Source of the DNA: Coleofasciculus sp. B1-GNL1-01
GTDB taxonomy: Bacteria > Cyanobacteriota > Cyanobacteriia > Cyanobacteriales > Coleofasciculaceae
Assembly: GCA_040220235.1 (NCBI GenBank)
Contig: JAVJTO010000055.1
DNA: 64,000 nt
Strand: one strand, 5' to 3'
Positions 1 to 11,466 of the stretch are shown piece after piece. The notes beneath the pieces were generated by a model. The model ran no database searches. It was not told where the DNA came from and was given only the letters and a program-made list of their open reading frames with translations. How positions within the stretch are numbered: position 1 is the first letter of the stretch; each line of letters begins with the position of its first letter. Position numbers and translations under genes: made by a program.

Positions 1-370
1 CATTGCTGAACAGCTTTTTGAAAAAGGTCGGGTTGACCATCCATATCTGGGAATTCAGATGGTAACGCTGACTCCAGAGTTACGCAAAGAAATTAATCAG
101 GATCAAGATGCGGGTTTAAAGGTGACTCAAGATCAAGGCGTCTTAATCGTCCGCGTCGTTCCTAATTCCCCAGCTCAACAAGCGGGTCTTGAACCGGGTG
201 ATATTATTCAAAAAGTTGGCGGAAAACCGATTAAAACTGCCTCGGATGTACAAGAAGAAGTAGAAGCGAGTGAAGTGGGCGCGAATCTCGATATTGAAGT
301 GAATCGTCAGGGGAAAACGAAAACGATTCTCGTGAAACCGGGAGCGTTTCCGGTCAATCAATTGGAATGA
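1..370 (+). CDS. HtrA/DegP-family serine protease, C-terminal PDZ part (5' end outside window)
   Basis: [14 protein letters not shown]...GVLIVRVVPNSPAQQAGLEPGDII PDZ; closely parallels the C-terminus of the HtrA at 22173-23417. Confidence 0.9.
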   Translation, partial: IAEQLFEKGRVDHPYLGIQMVTLTPELRKEINQDQDAGLKVTQDQGVLIVRVVPNSPAQQAGLEPGDIIQKVGGKPIKTASDVQEEVEASEVGANLDIEVNRQGKTKTILVKPGAFPVNQLE

Positions 371-493
371 ATAAAATATAGTGCTGCGGAGAGAAGTTAG
401 AACATCAGTTGATCCCAAGAGGGAATAGAGAACAGGGAACGGTTGTATGTAGTGCGAGCGTCTCGCTCGCTATTTTGTCTTAGACAAAAACGG

Positions 494-1051
494 TTAATCC
501 GACAACAGTTGCACCACAAACTCAGCTGCCGTCAGATAACGTCGCCATTCTCCCCCATTCTTAAGGGGTTGTATCCCCCACCCTGGACAGCTATCCGGCT
601 TTTCCCATAACGTTAGATGCTCCACTGGGGGGTCAGCATAAAACCTACTATCACCACTTCCCAATAAGGCGGAACTCCAGTGGGTAAAATAATCGTGACT
701 CAGCCGATGAATGGGAAACGTTCCATATAAGGGTACACCCCACCCATCCAACGCCACCAGCGCTTTCACGGTTCCCCCAAGCATCTGCCATCCCCATGCT
801 GCACCAATCGCACCAACTACTCCTGCACTAAAACTGATAAAAGTAACAGAGGTGTTCATTAGAGTAAGATGACGCTGTAAATAGTTCAAAATATGAATCG
901 CTGAATAAGCAGGATACTCGTGGCTGGGAAAAAGTAATAGTTGCTGAACACGCCCTACATTGCCAGAGTCACAGCGTTGTAACCCAGCTAAAAACTCTTG
1001 TGTCAACTGTGAATTGTGAATACCGGGACAAATGATAACTGCTTTGTGCAT
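494..1051 (-). CDS. Conserved hypothetical protein, alpha/beta-hydrolase-like
   Basis: 185-aa ORF; IICPG start and SFSAG nucleophile-elbow-like motif. Confidence 0.6.
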   Translation of the reverse strand: MHKAVIICPGIHNSQLTQEFLAGLQRCDSGNVGRVQQLLLFPSHEYPAYSAIHILNYLQRHLTLMNTSVTFISFSAGVVGAIGAAWGWQMLGGTVKALVALDGWGVPLYGTFPIHRLSHDYFTHWSSALLGSGDSRFYADPPVEHLTLWEKPDSCPGWGIQPLKNGGEWRRYLTAAEFVVQLLSD

Positions 1052-1450
1052 GATAGTGACGTAGTTTTATTTCTGCCTTCTGGCACTAGGCACTAGCGTA
1101 AAATAAAATATTATTATTGGAAATCAATGTGCTAAATCACGTCTTTTTAGCATACAGTTTTAATACTGAACCACCGTCCTCCACAAATACTCCTCAGACA
1201 AGGTGGCTGTAAATACTAATCTATTACAATTTCCGTTGGTTTCTGATCCCCATGGGTTTCTGCTCAACGTTAGAGGCGATCCATCAATTATTTTGTTTAG
1301 ATAGTAAAATGGAGGATAACCAGAAAACTCTCTATAACTAGAGCTTTAACATAACTTTACATTAGTGTATTATTTCTGTGAAGACAAGCCATAGAGCTTG
1401 AAATGGACTAGACGAGTATGCAACTATTTTCCTTGAAGGAGGGAAAAACA

Positions 1451-2506
1451 ATGGGGCTTCTACCAATCAAGACGACAACGACCACTATTGCAACAACGGC
1501 TCTTCTGAGCTTGGGGGGACTGCCAGCGATGGCATTTACAATCACGCCAACGAGTAATACAGATTTACTTCTGTATTCTTTGTTAGGGGATACGACCGGA
1601 CTGACTAACTTTGCTCTAGAGCTAGATGATGACAATCCAGACACACAGAATACTAAAGCTTTTGGTCTGTTTAGCAATGATCCCTTCGGTCTGGATGAGG
1701 GCATCGTATTGAGTACGGGTAAAGTCGAAGATTTACCCGGAGAAAACGAGGAAGATGGAGGAATAGAATTTTTAGGGGGTGAACCTCCGAATGATTTAAG
1801 TACTGATTTCGAGCCTGTAGGTTCTGAAGAAAACCCTCAGGCAGGAGTACGAGGGGATAAGATGACCCTAGAACTCAGCTTCGACGCTGACGAGACAGCG
1901 GAAAAGCTATTTTTTGAGTACGTATTTGGCTCAGAAGAGTTTCGTGAGTTCGGAGGAGATCCTGAACAAGATGCTAAATTTAACGACTCTTTTGAGCTAC
2001 TATTAAATGGACAAAACTTGGCTCTGCTGACTGATGGGCAGGAAGTTACGATTAACAATCTGATTCCTAATCGTGAAGATTCTTCCTCCTATCATCCTGA
2101 TTATATCAATAATCCAAAAGGCTCCCCAGTCAATACTAAGCTGGATGGTTACACAGAAATCTTGACCTTTGAAGGTCTACTCAATAAAAATGCCAGAAAC
2201 ACTATCGAAATAAAAATCTGGGATGTGGCGGATGGTCAACTGGACTCTGCTGTCTTCGTCAAAGGCAAGTCCCTCGGCACAAAAGATCCCCAACTAAATA
2301 CTCAACCGAATGATGATCCGTCCGATGAACCCCAATCCCCCCCAGAAGACCCCGTAACCGATCCTGGAACTTTATTTCCCCCCGATGACCCAGAACCCCA
2401 GAGTGTGCCAGAACCATCCGGCTTACTCGGATTGCTGGGAGTGGCAACTTTAGGGGTTCGGACAATGATTAGACGCAAACAGAAAGCTCACTTACAAGAA
2501 CACTGA
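1451..2506 (+). CDS. PEP-CTERM exported protein with choice-of-anchor L-like domain
   Basis: Signal peptide (..PAMA); GIVLSTG, FEYVFGSEEF and DSAVF motifs; Pro/Asp linker; VPEP + TM + RRK tail. Alternative start 1418. Confidence 0.85.
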   Translation: MGLLPIKTTTTTIATTALLSLGGLPAMAFTITPTSNTDLLLYSLLGDTTGLTNFALELDDDNPDTQNTKAFGLFSNDPFGLDEGIVLSTGKVEDLPGENEEDGGIEFLGGEPPNDLSTDFEPVGSEENPQAGVRGDKMTLELSFDADETAEKLFFEYVFGSEEFREFGGDPEQDAKFNDSFELLLNGQNLALLTDGQEVTINNLIPNREDSSSYHPDYINNPKGSPVNTKLDGYTEILTFEGLLNKNARNTIEIKIWDVADGQLDSAVFVKGKSLGTKDPQLNTQPNDDPSDEPQSPPEDPVTDPGTLFPPDDPEPQSVPEPSGLLGLLGVATLGVRTMIRRKQKAHLQEH

Positions 2507-2633
2507 ATGCGATTAGCTAGTTCCTCGCGGGCTACTGGGTTTGCGATACCCATAAGTGGTAATCTAGAGAGCGGTATTGTTAAGCTCTTAAGCTGTGACA
2601 ACTCCACAGACTGACTCGATGGAGCATACATAG

Positions 2634-4175
<1,542 letters not shown>

Positions 4176-4228
4176 TCCCTTCCGTGTTTCGAGTCATTAG
4201 TCATGAGGCTGTTCTAAGCTGATGACTA

Positions 4229-4454
4229 TTCACCAACCTTGCCCTAAAAGGGACAAGGATTGACGCCAGTTTGGACAATGTAAGCGGTGAATAGCTTTTT
4301 GAGCCTAGTTCTGGCACAGACTTCTGAATACTTCCCTAGTTCGGACTATCTCTAAGCCTAATTGGTTAGGCGTTGGGTAATGCCAAGACATCTTGGACTG
4401 GGTAGGCGAAGGGACTTATTACAGGGCGAGCTGGTTCCTGGGATTATCTCCATT
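4229..4454 (+). ncRNA. Stand-alone IscB-type omegaRNA (HEARO-like) with no IscB ORF
   Basis: 5' TTCAC end; CTATTCACC 4226-4234 pairs with GGTGAATAG 4286-4294; terminal hairpin CCTTGCCCTAAAAGGGACAAGG; TCTGAA-TACTTCCCTAG-TTCGGA stem 4323-4345; 3' GGCGAAGGGAC 4405-4415; ends GGATTATCTCC-ATT where iscB ATG usually follows. Confidence 0.75.
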
Positions 4455-4520
4455 TAAAAACCAGCATTTAATTGTAAAGCTGTCTGATCAAGACAGGGTT
4501 TGGGACTCAAAGGAGTTTCG

Positions 4521-4931
4521 ATGAGCTTAACTGTTCGAGTTGTTTCTCCCGACAAAATTGTCTGGGATTCTAATGCCGAAGAAGTGATTTTGCCCAGTAC
4601 GACGGGTCAACTGGGTATATTGACGGGTCACGCCCCCCTGTTGTCAGCACTGGACATTGGTGTAATGCGAGTTCGTCCGGGTAAAGACTGGATACCCATC
4701 GCCCTCATGGGCGGATTTGCCGAAGTTGAAAATGATGAAGTAACCATTCTCGTTAATGGGGCGGAACAAGGAGAGACGATTGACAAGGAAGCCGCACGAG
4801 AAGCTTTCTCTCAAGCCCAAGAGCGTCTCAACCAAGTCCAAACCAGTGAGAATCGGCAAGAAAAAATTCAAGCCACGCAAGCTTTAAAGAGAGCAAGAGC
4901 TCGCTTTCAAGCGGCGGGTGGTATGGTTTGA
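4521..4931 (+). CDS. atpC: F0F1 ATP synthase subunit epsilon
   Basis: [37 protein letters not shown]; downstream of beta subunit. Confidence 0.98.
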   Translation: MSLTVRVVSPDKIVWDSNAEEVILPSTTGQLGILTGHAPLLSALDIGVMRVRPGKDWIPIALMGGFAEVENDEVTILVNGAEQGETIDKEAAREAFSQAQERLNQVQTSENRQEKIQATQALKRARARFQAAGGMV

Positions 4932-4958
4932 TGGGATAGAGCATTGCCCTTGAAACAT

Positions 4959-4999
4959 AAAGGAGCTATCCAGCTAACTAACGTCTGGATAGCTCCTTT
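4959..4999. terminator. Bidirectional intrinsic terminator-like hairpin
   Basis: Perfect 15-bp stem AAAGGAGCTATCCAG/CTGGATAGCTCCTTT between convergent atpC and PSRP-3. Confidence 0.7.
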
Positions 5000-5192
5000 G
5001 TATAGGAGAAGGCAGCAGGAGTCAGGATGGGTAGAAGGAAAAAGTATCCCAGGGATAAAGGGGTTTGGGTCATCGGATTTGGTATTACTCGCTATTTTGT
5101 ATGGGTTTTTTTCCCCAGCTCCCCCAGCTCCCAGACGTGCCATGGCACGTCTCTACATTGCTCCCCCAGCTCCCCTAGCTCCGCTTCATCCC

Positions 5193-5492
5193 CTAGGCGC
5201 TACCTGTAAAGGTGACTTCTGGAAATTTTGCCTGAGCTTCATTCATGGGACGATTTTTACCTTCTTCTTGCCAGTAGTTAATCACTTCAGTGGCTTTGTT
5301 GAGCAACTCAACGCGATCCATTTCGCTAATCCAATGTTTGGCTTCCAGTTCGTTTTTGATTTGCTCCCAAGCATCGTTCCGGGGCCAGAAAAAGTAGGAT
5401 GTCAGCGGGCTAGTTCCTTTACCCACGACTTGATCGACGGCGAGTGCCACATTCTCTTCTAACCAGAGAACTTTTAAGATAAATTTAGACAA
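5193..5492 (-). CDS. ycf65: 30S ribosomal protein PSRP-3 (Ycf65)
   Basis: [34 protein letters not shown] start at 5492 after GGAGG. Confidence 0.92.
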   Translation of the reverse strand: MSKFILKVLWLEENVALAVDQVVGKGTSPLTSYFFWPRNDAWEQIKNELEAKHWISEMDRVELLNKATEVINYWQEEGKNRPMNEAQAKFPEVTFTGSA

Positions 5493-5562
5493 ACAAACCT
5501 CCAACAATAGATCAGGTATCTTATACTTAATGTACAATCAATCATTCTACAGGATAGCAAAG

Positions 5563-5640
5563 GTGAAAGCCCTCGTGATTTATCCGGGGGATGAAACTGC
5601 ACGACTTAAGCAACTGAGTTAGTCGTGGGGGTATTTACAT
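5563..5640. mobile_element. Possible miniature IS200/IS605-end remnant (two adjacent subterminal hairpins)
   Basis: GAAAGCCCTCG..CCGGGGGATGAAA followed by CACGACT..AGTCGTGGGG hairpin, resembling IS605-family ends. Confidence 0.4.
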
Positions 5641-6455
5641 TGACAACTTTAAAAGCAAGAACAAAATCAGGGTCTAGACTAGCGATCGCCGTTTTCGATA
5701 TTGATGGTGTCATCCGGGATGTGAGTGGTTCTTACCGGAGAGCGATCGCGGATACAGTCGAGCATTTTACCGCCGGAGTGTATCGCCCGTCTTCTGTTGA
5801 GATTGACCACCTCAAATCCGAAGGCTTATGGAACAACGATTGGGAAGCCTCACGAGAGCTTATCTATCGCCACTTTGAGCAGCAAGGTCAGGCGCGATCG
5901 CAGGTTGCCCTAGATTATGATAACCTGATTGCCTTTTTTAATGCTCGCTACCGAGGCGCTGATCCAAATCATTGGACAGGATACATCTGTGATGAACCAT
6001 TACTCCTCAACCCCAACTATCTTGAATATCTAACCTCAGCCGATATTTTATGGGGCTTTTTTAGTGGGGCGACGCGAAATGAAGCACTTTACGCTCTTTC
6101 AAAACGTCTCGGTTTGCCAGCCCCCGTACTCGTGGCGATGGAAGATGCCCCCGGTAAACCTGATCCAACAGGATTATTAGCAGTAATTAACCAGCTTCAG
6201 CAACAGCACCACATTGAGCAACCATTGCCTACCATCTATGTGGGAGATACCGTGGCAGATATGTACACAGTTAAAGCAGCCCAAACTCTTCATCCAGACA
6301 GAACCTGGGTTGGTGTTGGTGTTCTCCCGCCCCATGTTCAGGAAACAGCAGAACGCCGTGAGGCTTATCAACAAACCTTAAAAAAAGCAGGGGCGGCTCA
6401 AGTTTTTGGCAATGTTGAGCAGATCACCCCAGAACAAATTCAGCAATTGGTGTGA
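5625..6455 (+). CDS. HAD-superfamily hydrolase (TIGR01548-like)
   Basis: FDIDGV motif I, GKPDP, YVGDTVAD; true start uncertain. Confidence 0.85.
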   Translation: MGVFTLTTLKARTKSGSRLAIAVFDIDGVIRDVSGSYRRAIADTVEHFTAGVYRPSSVEIDHLKSEGLWNNDWEASRELIYRHFEQQGQARSQVALDYDNLIAFFNARYRGADPNHWTGYICDEPLLLNPNYLEYLTSADILWGFFSGATRNEALYALSKRLGLPAPVLVAMEDAPGKPDPTGLLAVINQLQQQHHIEQPLPTIYVGDTVADMYTVKAAQTLHPDRTWVGVGVLPPHVQETAERREAYQQTLKKAGAAQVFGNVEQITPEQIQQLV

Positions 6456-6472
6456 ACTACCACGCTTCAAGT

Positions 6473-6593
6473 TATAGCACTACGAGGATATGTTAGGACA
6501 TCAGTTAGTCCAAGAGGGAACAGGGAACAGGGAACAGGGAACAGGGAACAGGGAACAGTAAAGAATGTCCTAACCTGTCTTAGTACCGCTATA
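6473..6593. mobile_element. MITE (TATAGC...GCTATA family) containing GGGAACA heptamer repeats
   Basis: ~28-bp imperfect TIRs TATAGC..GTTAGGACA / TGTCCTAAC..GCTATA; relative at 35027-35131, partial copy near 377-470. Confidence 0.7.
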
Positions 6594-6707
6594 CTTGTCA
6601 TCCCATCAGGAGATTTTCCCCACACCCTCCATTTTCCACCCAATCTCCTTGGACAAAGGAAAACCGTAAGCTATATTAGTATTGCTATCTTAGTATTAGC
6701 AATTTAG

Positions 6708-6899
6708 ATGCCAAAAATAGCATGGTGTATCCACATAAAAGCAATGAATTTAGACTATGATACTGCCGTGATTATGCTAGCCATCACGTTTCCTTTAGTG
6801 ATGACTTGGTTGCTAGTTAGTGGTGAATTAGAACTTTGGGCTTATTTAGGTATATATGGTATCTGTTTGTGGGGACTAGGAGCTTTAAAAAAAGAATAG
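6708..6899 (+). CDS. Small hypothetical membrane protein
   Basis: 63-aa ORF with two hydrophobic segments. Confidence 0.35.
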   Translation: MPKIAWCIHIKAMNLDYDTAVIMLAITFPLVMTWLLVSGELELWAYLGIYGICLWGLGALKKE

Positions 6900-7209
6900 T
6901 GATAACGGAGTCATTTTTCAGCGTTAGTCTGACAAAAAAGGTGTGATAAGTAGTCGGACAAAAGAAAACCGTACTGTATTAACTTTTGCAAGTAGCCCTA
7001 AAACCCTCTCTCCGTCTACTTTCACGCCAACCTTACCTATCAAATCAAAAGCATGACAGCTTGCTGAAGGGCGTAATTTTATCATCCCCTAAAAACGCTG
7101 AAATCCTCATCAAAAGGGACGTTTACGCCCCCGAAGCCGTACCAGACTAAATTAGAGCAGAGTAAAATATTAACTAGAGTTAATTGTTCCAAAAGGGCTA
7201 AACACAACT

Positions 7210-8397
7210 ATGGACTTTCGCCTCAAGACACTCTTACCTGACTACGAAAAAGCCTTCTTGACCTGTAGCTTACAAAAAGAACAAGAATCCGAAGTTCAGC
7301 AAATTGTTGAGCGCATGAAGGATCTGCGACAACACTATGAAACCGTTGAACAAGCGACAGGCATTCCATGGTGGTTTGCAGCGGTTCTTCACTACAGTGA
7401 GTGGAACCTCCGCGAACCTGACTTATTTGTGAAAAAAGTGACAGAAATTTTATTGGCTAAGGAGTTCCATAAAGCCCGAACTCGCACCCTCGGTGCTTAT
7501 CTGTGGGGGTTTGACTTGTGGAATGGATTTAGACATGGAGTTGGAGATCAATCCGAGTGGGTTTGGGGGGGTACCACTGTTCTGAAGCATCCATCAACCA
7601 CCATTGGAGCAGCGGCGATTGTTTACTATCTCCAATCCCAAAAAATCATTGATATCCCTAAACCAGGAACAGGCATTAAAATCAAGGTCTTATCCGATAC
7701 AGTATTTAAAGCGCGACCGGATCAATCATTTCGACTCAAACCCGAAGAAAAAATCACGGTAAAAGGGGGGACTCACCTAGAAATTATTGAGGATGATCCC
7801 TCTGAGGGAGGACACGTCAAAGTCCTTTTACCGGATGGGGTTTTGTTAGGGCAGAATAATCAGAGTGATTGGTATGTTTTCAAAGAACATATCGAAATTC
7901 AAGGAACTGAACCGAATAATCGTCCCAGCGATAAAGCAGAAGAACCCGAAACTAAGATTGCTTCACCCAATAAAGGACGTCCCATCACCGTACCCAAATT
8001 AGGAACAGTCTATCTAGGCAATCCAATTCTCGAAGGTGGACACTTTAGTTGGGCGGAAGCGACAATGAATGGCTCAAGGATTCCGGTGAATAATGAAGTG
8101 GTTGAGGGGATTTTGAGAGTGGCTCATGTGATGGAAGAAGTGAGAGAATATTTGGGCGCTCGTCCGATTACTATAAATTCTTGGTATCGTGATCCAGTAA
8201 CTAATCGTAAAGTCGGAGGGGCAACAAAATCCAGGCATTTAGTGGGTGATGCGGTGGATTTTGTGGTTCAAGGAATCTCCCCACCCCAAGTTAATCAGCG
8301 CCTAGAATCCTGGTGGGGAAATCGGGGTGGATTAGCCAGTGCTAGCTCTTTTACCCATATTGATGTGAGAGGATATCGCGCTCGGTGGCGCTACTGA
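7210..8397 (+). CDS. Peptidase M15 (D-Ala-D-Ala carboxypeptidase-type) with N-terminal lysozyme-like region
   Basis: C-terminal INSWYR..NRKVGGATKSRHLVGDAVD..FTHIDVRG; N-terminal YETVEQATGIPWWFAAVLHYSE. Confidence 0.85.
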   Translation: MDFRLKTLLPDYEKAFLTCSLQKEQESEVQQIVERMKDLRQHYETVEQATGIPWWFAAVLHYSEWNLREPDLFVKKVTEILLAKEFHKARTRTLGAYLWGFDLWNGFRHGVGDQSEWVWGGTTVLKHPSTTIGAAAIVYYLQSQKIIDIPKPGTGIKIKVLSDTVFKARPDQSFRLKPEEKITVKGGTHLEIIEDDPSEGGHVKVLLPDGVLLGQNNQSDWYVFKEHIEIQGTEPNNRPSDKAEEPETKIASPNKGRPITVPKLGTVYLGNPILEGGHFSWAEATMNGSRIPVNNEVVEGILRVAHVMEEVREYLGARPITINSWYRDPVTNRKVGGATKSRHLVGDAVDFVVQGISPPQVNQRLESWWGNRGGLASASSFTHIDVRGYRARWRY

Positions 8398-8556
8398 GTT
8401 TGATCTAATGCGTATTTTGGGTTTATTGTTCAGTGTTGATTGTTCATTGACTCACATCTTGCACTATTCTCAATCAGCCTATGCCGTGGCACACCTAATT
8501 GGGTAGATTAGCTATAAACTCAAAAAACATAAGAAATTAGGGGCTAAAGCCTTTAC

Positions 8557-8679
8557 TACTGGCGTGGCACAGTTAAAATTGTGGAATAGATTTGACCATT
8601 GAATCGGGCGCAAGTCTTTGCGCCCCTACGGTTTCCGGGCGTAATTCTAATTCATCAAATAAGCTGTGCCACGGCACTA
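8557..8679. mobile_element. MITE with TA-flanked ..CGTGGCACAG TIRs
   Basis: TACTGGCGTGGCACAG ... CTGTGCCACGGCACTA; a third TIR-like copy at ~8480. Confidence 0.6.
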
Positions 8680-8720
8680 CTGGACTATTAGGTTTTTGAG
8701 CCTCTTGAAGAATTTCATGC

Positions 8721-9308
8721 TTACACCCTACACCCTGACTCCAGAATCTGACGGATTTGTGCCGTTTGCTGGCTATAGTCGGTATCATCAACAACGGGTA
8801 CAGCACCCTCTAGAGAAATGGGTTCAGCTATATTAATCCAAGAACGACAGCCGCCGTATTCAGAACGATAGGGTATACGTTGAACCGAGGGAAGCTTGTA
8901 GATTCGTAGTAGGAGAACATACAACGGTTGACGTGGCTTCCATTTAAAACGCCCACTGGCAAATTGTTCATTCCAGATGTGGTAGGGTAACAGGGCGTCT
9001 ACTGCGGCTTGAGTGCTGATTTGAAAAATATCGGTAATGGTTGCCCAACTGCCAATCCGTACCGTTTGCGGATGCCAACCTGAGGTGACGGGTGTTACCT
9101 GAGAGGCATAATCGGGTTTGAGTAAATGAGGCTGTTGATGTTCGTAGGTAGGATAAAGTAAAACCGGATTGTAAGTGACGTGGAAGCGATTGTTTTCTTC
9201 CCGAATGCCGCCTTTACGCAGTAGCATAATCGTCTTACCCTGTTCTAAGGCATCAACGGCAACAGCCCATTCTTTGAGTGCGTTTGTAGTTGTCAATGGC
9301 ATCATCAA
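8721..9308 (-). CDS. DUF1802 family protein
   Basis: ALKEWAVAVDAL..LLRKGGIRE..LYPTYEHQ..YGGCRSW. Confidence 0.9.
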   Translation of the reverse strand: MMMPLTTTNALKEWAVAVDALEQGKTIMLLRKGGIREENNRFHVTYNPVLLYPTYEHQQPHLLKPDYASQVTPVTSGWHPQTVRIGSWATITDIFQISTQAAVDALLPYHIWNEQFASGRFKWKPRQPLYVLLLRIYKLPSVQRIPYRSEYGGCRSWINIAEPISLEGAVPVVDDTDYSQQTAQIRQILESGCRV

Positions 9309-9370
9309 GGATTAAAACTAATTTTTTAAATAGATTGTCTTATCTTGATTCATAATTCATAATTTAGATT

Positions 9371-10255
9371 ATGTCCAGTCAGATTGTTCGTAAAGCCGTA
9401 ATTCCCGCCGCCGGATTTGGTACTCGCTTGTTTCCAGCCACAAAGGTGGTGAAAAAAGAACTATTTCCAATTATCGATCGCGATGGGCGGACGAAGCCAG
9501 TAATTTTGGCGATTGTGGAGGAAGCAAGGCGCGGTGGTATCGAAGAAATCGGGATTGTGGTACAACCGAGCGATCGCGCCATTTTTGAGGCGTTCTTTAA
9601 AACTCCACCGAAACAGGCACTTTTGGATAAACTCTCTGATGCAAATCAGGACTATTGTCAGTATCTGCAAGAGTTAGGAGAGCGGATTACTATCTTAACC
9701 CAGGATGAGCAAGAAGGCTATGGTCATGCGGTGTTCTGTGCCAAGGATTGGGTGAATCAAGAGCCTTTTTTACTGTTACTTGGCGATCATGTTTATACTT
9801 CCGATACCGAAATTCCTTGTTCTCGTCAGGTGCTAGAAATTTATGAAAAAACGGATCAAAGTGTGATTGGTTTGACAGAAATGTCTGCCGAGATTATCCA
9901 TAAAGCGGGTTGTGTGACTGGGGTTTGGCAGAAGATGAATTCTATTTTAACGGTGACACAAGTCTGTGAAAAACCGGATCTTGACTATGCGCGATCGCAC
10001 TTGCGTGTTGAAGGGATGGCGGAGGATAGGTTTTTAGGGATTTTTGGTATGTATGTCCTCAAGCCGAAAATCTTTGAGATGCTGGCTGAAAGTATTAACC
10101 AGAATCAGCGCTATAAGGGGGAATTTCAGTTAACCACTTGTCTGGATACATTACGCCAAGAGGAGGGATTGATGGGATATTGGGTCAAAGGACAATATTT
10201 TGATACCGGAATGCCAGAGTTTTATCGACAAAGCCTGATAGATTTTAGCGGCTGA
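9371..10255 (+). CDS. UTP-glucose-1-phosphate uridylyltransferase-like nucleotidyltransferase
   Basis: KAVIPAAGFGTRLFPATKVVKKELFPI; EKP; GEFQLT; FDTG. Confidence 0.85.
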   Translation: MSSQIVRKAVIPAAGFGTRLFPATKVVKKELFPIIDRDGRTKPVILAIVEEARRGGIEEIGIVVQPSDRAIFEAFFKTPPKQALLDKLSDANQDYCQYLQELGERITILTQDEQEGYGHAVFCAKDWVNQEPFLLLLGDHVYTSDTEIPCSRQVLEIYEKTDQSVIGLTEMSAEIIHKAGCVTGVWQKMNSILTVTQVCEKPDLDYARSHLRVEGMAEDRFLGIFGMYVLKPKIFEMLAESINQNQRYKGEFQLTTCLDTLRQEEGLMGYWVKGQYFDTGMPEFYRQSLIDFSG

Positions 10256-10327
10256 ATTGACACTCCAGCATTCCATGTCATCTGGAATTGACATGCACTC
10301 CAACTTATTTCCTGCCATTCTAAACCC

Positions 10328-10987
10328 ATGACGACGCTCAATGCCAAAAACTTAACTTTAGATGATGTTCATCAGCTTTTTAATTTTCACAAACAGTACA
10401 GTACCTCATTTGAATCATTATTATCTCTCGAACCTGTAACCGAGTTTGAACAGCAGCAAGTTGAGCAAACTCGCCATGAATTTGACAATCATCTTACCTC
10501 AGCCACTGCTTCAGAAGGTCAGGTTAAATTGGTTGCGGTTAGTCCTCTGTTACGATTAGCTGGGTTCTATCGCTATCCTTTACAAATTGCTGTTGAAGAA
10601 GGAATTTCCCGGATTACCATTACGGCTGAAGACACCCTAATCACAGGTCGATTTGATATCCTGGCAATTAATAAAGCTCGACAGCCCAGAGATCATGTCC
10701 CGTTTTGGGTCTTAGTTATTGAATCAAAAAATAGCGCGGTTTCTCCATCAACAGGCTTACCCCAATTGCTGACGTATGCTTATAAAAGCTTAGAGTCTCA
10801 AGAGTCAGTCTGGGGTTTAGTCACGAATGGAGAACTGTATCGGTTTGTCTATATCCAGACAGGGAATTCGCCAACCTATCAGTTGCTGCCATTCCTAAGT
10901 TTAACGGATGCTGAATCGTCTATGAAGTTGCTTCAAGTTCTAAAGGCTATTTGCCAATTACAACAGATAAAGCTATCGCCAGAGTAG
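10328..10987 (+). CDS. Restriction-endonuclease-like PD-(D/E)XK protein (HsdR N-terminal-like)
   Basis: GRFDIL..VIESK..QLLTYA..WGLVTNG. Confidence 0.75.
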   Translation: MTTLNAKNLTLDDVHQLFNFHKQYSTSFESLLSLEPVTEFEQQQVEQTRHEFDNHLTSATASEGQVKLVAVSPLLRLAGFYRYPLQIAVEEGISRITITAEDTLITGRFDILAINKARQPRDHVPFWVLVIESKNSAVSPSTGLPQLLTYAYKSLESQESVWGLVTNGELYRFVYIQTGNSPTYQLLPFLSLTDAESSMKLLQVLKAICQLQQIKLSPE

Positions 10988-11155
10988 AAGCTGATAGGGT
11001 TGCTATTTTAGGAGTAGATTCCTTTGAGGTAAAATAGCCTTGGTAAAATGGCAAAAACGACCCAAATCATCCAGGCATTTGTGATACTCAATGACTGTAT
11101 CCGCAGGTGATCGGGTTCAGGTTAGAAAATCGGATATCGGGACAGGAAATCTAAT

Positions 11156-11390
11156 GTAGGGGCGGGTTTAGGGACAAAATTAACGGAGTCACCAATCACC
11201 TTTCTCCAAAACCCGCCCTGCCCAAATCTTTTACCCCGACATTTTTGAGGTGCGATCGCGGTTAGTAATCTGGTGGGTTTTGTTGTTCCGTTAATGGTGG
11301 GGAGGGCGGGTTTTGTTGTTCCGTTAGTGGTGAATATCTGAATTTAGCCCCTAAACCCGCCCCTACAGATTCCCTAAACCCGCCCCTACA
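11156..11390. repeat. GTAG-type palindromic (REP-like) cluster GTAGGGGCGGGTTT...AAACCCGCCCCTAC
   Basis: Same family at 13441-13503, 15345-15408, 19410-19545, 20614-20790 and 54597-54790. Confidence 0.85.
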
Positions 11391-11466
11391 GTTGATCAGT
11401 AGTCGGACTATGTATGATTGATAAACGTTAGCCTAAAAAATATCTATCCTCTCCAGTGGAATCTTT

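Noticed and set aside
4944..5462. 172-aa plus-strand ORF
   Set aside because: Runs through a terminator and repeats and lies antisense to PSRP-3
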